NCBI RefSeq assembly: GCF_900167395.1
Contig: NZ_FUWK01000037.1
Coordinates: forward strand, 1-25,839
From: Nitrosomonas europaea
GTDB lineage: Bacteria; Pseudomonadota; Gammaproteobacteria; Burkholderiales; Nitrosomonadaceae
Reading direction: 5' to 3'
DNA: 25,839 bases
Shown here: piece by piece, positions 25,738 to 25,839 of the stretch
Numbering within the stretch: position 1 is the first letter of the stretch
Layout of the letters: every line of letters starts with the position of its first letter
The notes under the pieces: model-generated
Told to the model about the DNA's origin: nothing
What the model saw: the letters and a program-made list of their open reading frames with translations, nothing else
Databases searched by the model: none
Made by a program: the position numbers and the translations under genes

Positions 25738-25839
25738 GATACGCCCGGATCGAACAGTTGCGACAGCACCACGCGGTGGCGGCGATGTGCCGGATTCTGG
25801 ACGTTTCGGAAAGCGGCTATCACGCTTGGCGCCAACGTC
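25734..25839 (+). CDS. IS3-family transposase OrfB, N-terminal fragment (partial, runs off the window).
   Basis: The -1 frame relative to orfA reads VRYARIEQLRQHHAVAAMCRILDVSESGYHAWRQR, typical of the start of IS3-family OrfB. In vivo it is probably expressed as an OrfAB fusion rather than from the GTG at 25734. Confidence 0.7.
   Translation, partial: MRYARIEQLRQHHAVAAMCRILDVSESGYHAWRQR

Larger units (their letters stand above)
25373..25839 (+). mobile_element. IS3-family (IS407-like) insertion sequence, left part. It continues beyond the right window edge.
   Basis: The putative left end is TGACGTAGGTTGAAAAAAGTGG, beginning at about 25373 exactly where IS982 homology is lost. It is followed by orfA, an A7 slippery site and the start of orfB in the -1 frame. 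Confidence 0.75.

Noticed and set aside
25196-25835. Minus-strand ORFs (127, 117 and 73 aa) across the IS982/IS3 junction.
   Set aside because: They are Pro/Arg/Ser-rich antisense translations of transposase genes. Nothing supports them as real genes.

Overview
This window looks like mostly core chromosome from a Gram-negative, probably proteobacterial, genome, with insertion sequences at both edges. The taxon is an inference only. Well-supported housekeeping genes are rof, a nudJ-like NUDIX hydrolase, a PEBP/YbhB-family gene, apt, serS, gpmA-like, rpsO and pnp. pnp appears to use a TTG start. There is also a complete tripartite RND efflux operon in the order outer-membrane factor, adaptor, pump. 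A tight five-gene minus-strand operon (NifS-like cysteine desulfurase, LicC-like nucleotidyltransferase, HIT protein, membrane desaturase-family protein, dPGM) runs divergently from rpsO and fits no pathway I recognise. Surface-related genes are a PEP-CTERM protein with a nidogen-like (NIDO) domain, a GT2 glycosyltransferase and a DUF481 outer-membrane protein. The most interesting observations are listed below. (1) A 95-aa encapsulated-ferritin-like (EncFtn) gene overlaps the RND pump stop codon by 11 nt, yet has no encapsulin shell gene and no obvious C-terminal targeting peptide. (2) An (ATGTC)8-9 pentanucleotide repeat abuts a perfect extended -10 upstream of the PEP-CTERM gene. (3) A G8 tract sits next to a -35-like hexamer upstream of the GT2 gene. 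(4) A His-rich exported, membrane-anchored protein is present. (5) A deletion-collapsed toxin-antitoxin fossil lies in an 836-bp gene-poor gap. (6) An IS3-family element is nested inside an IS982-family transposase gene. I recognised no CRISPR array, tRNA or rRNA. All family calls come from motif recognition by eye, with no database search.
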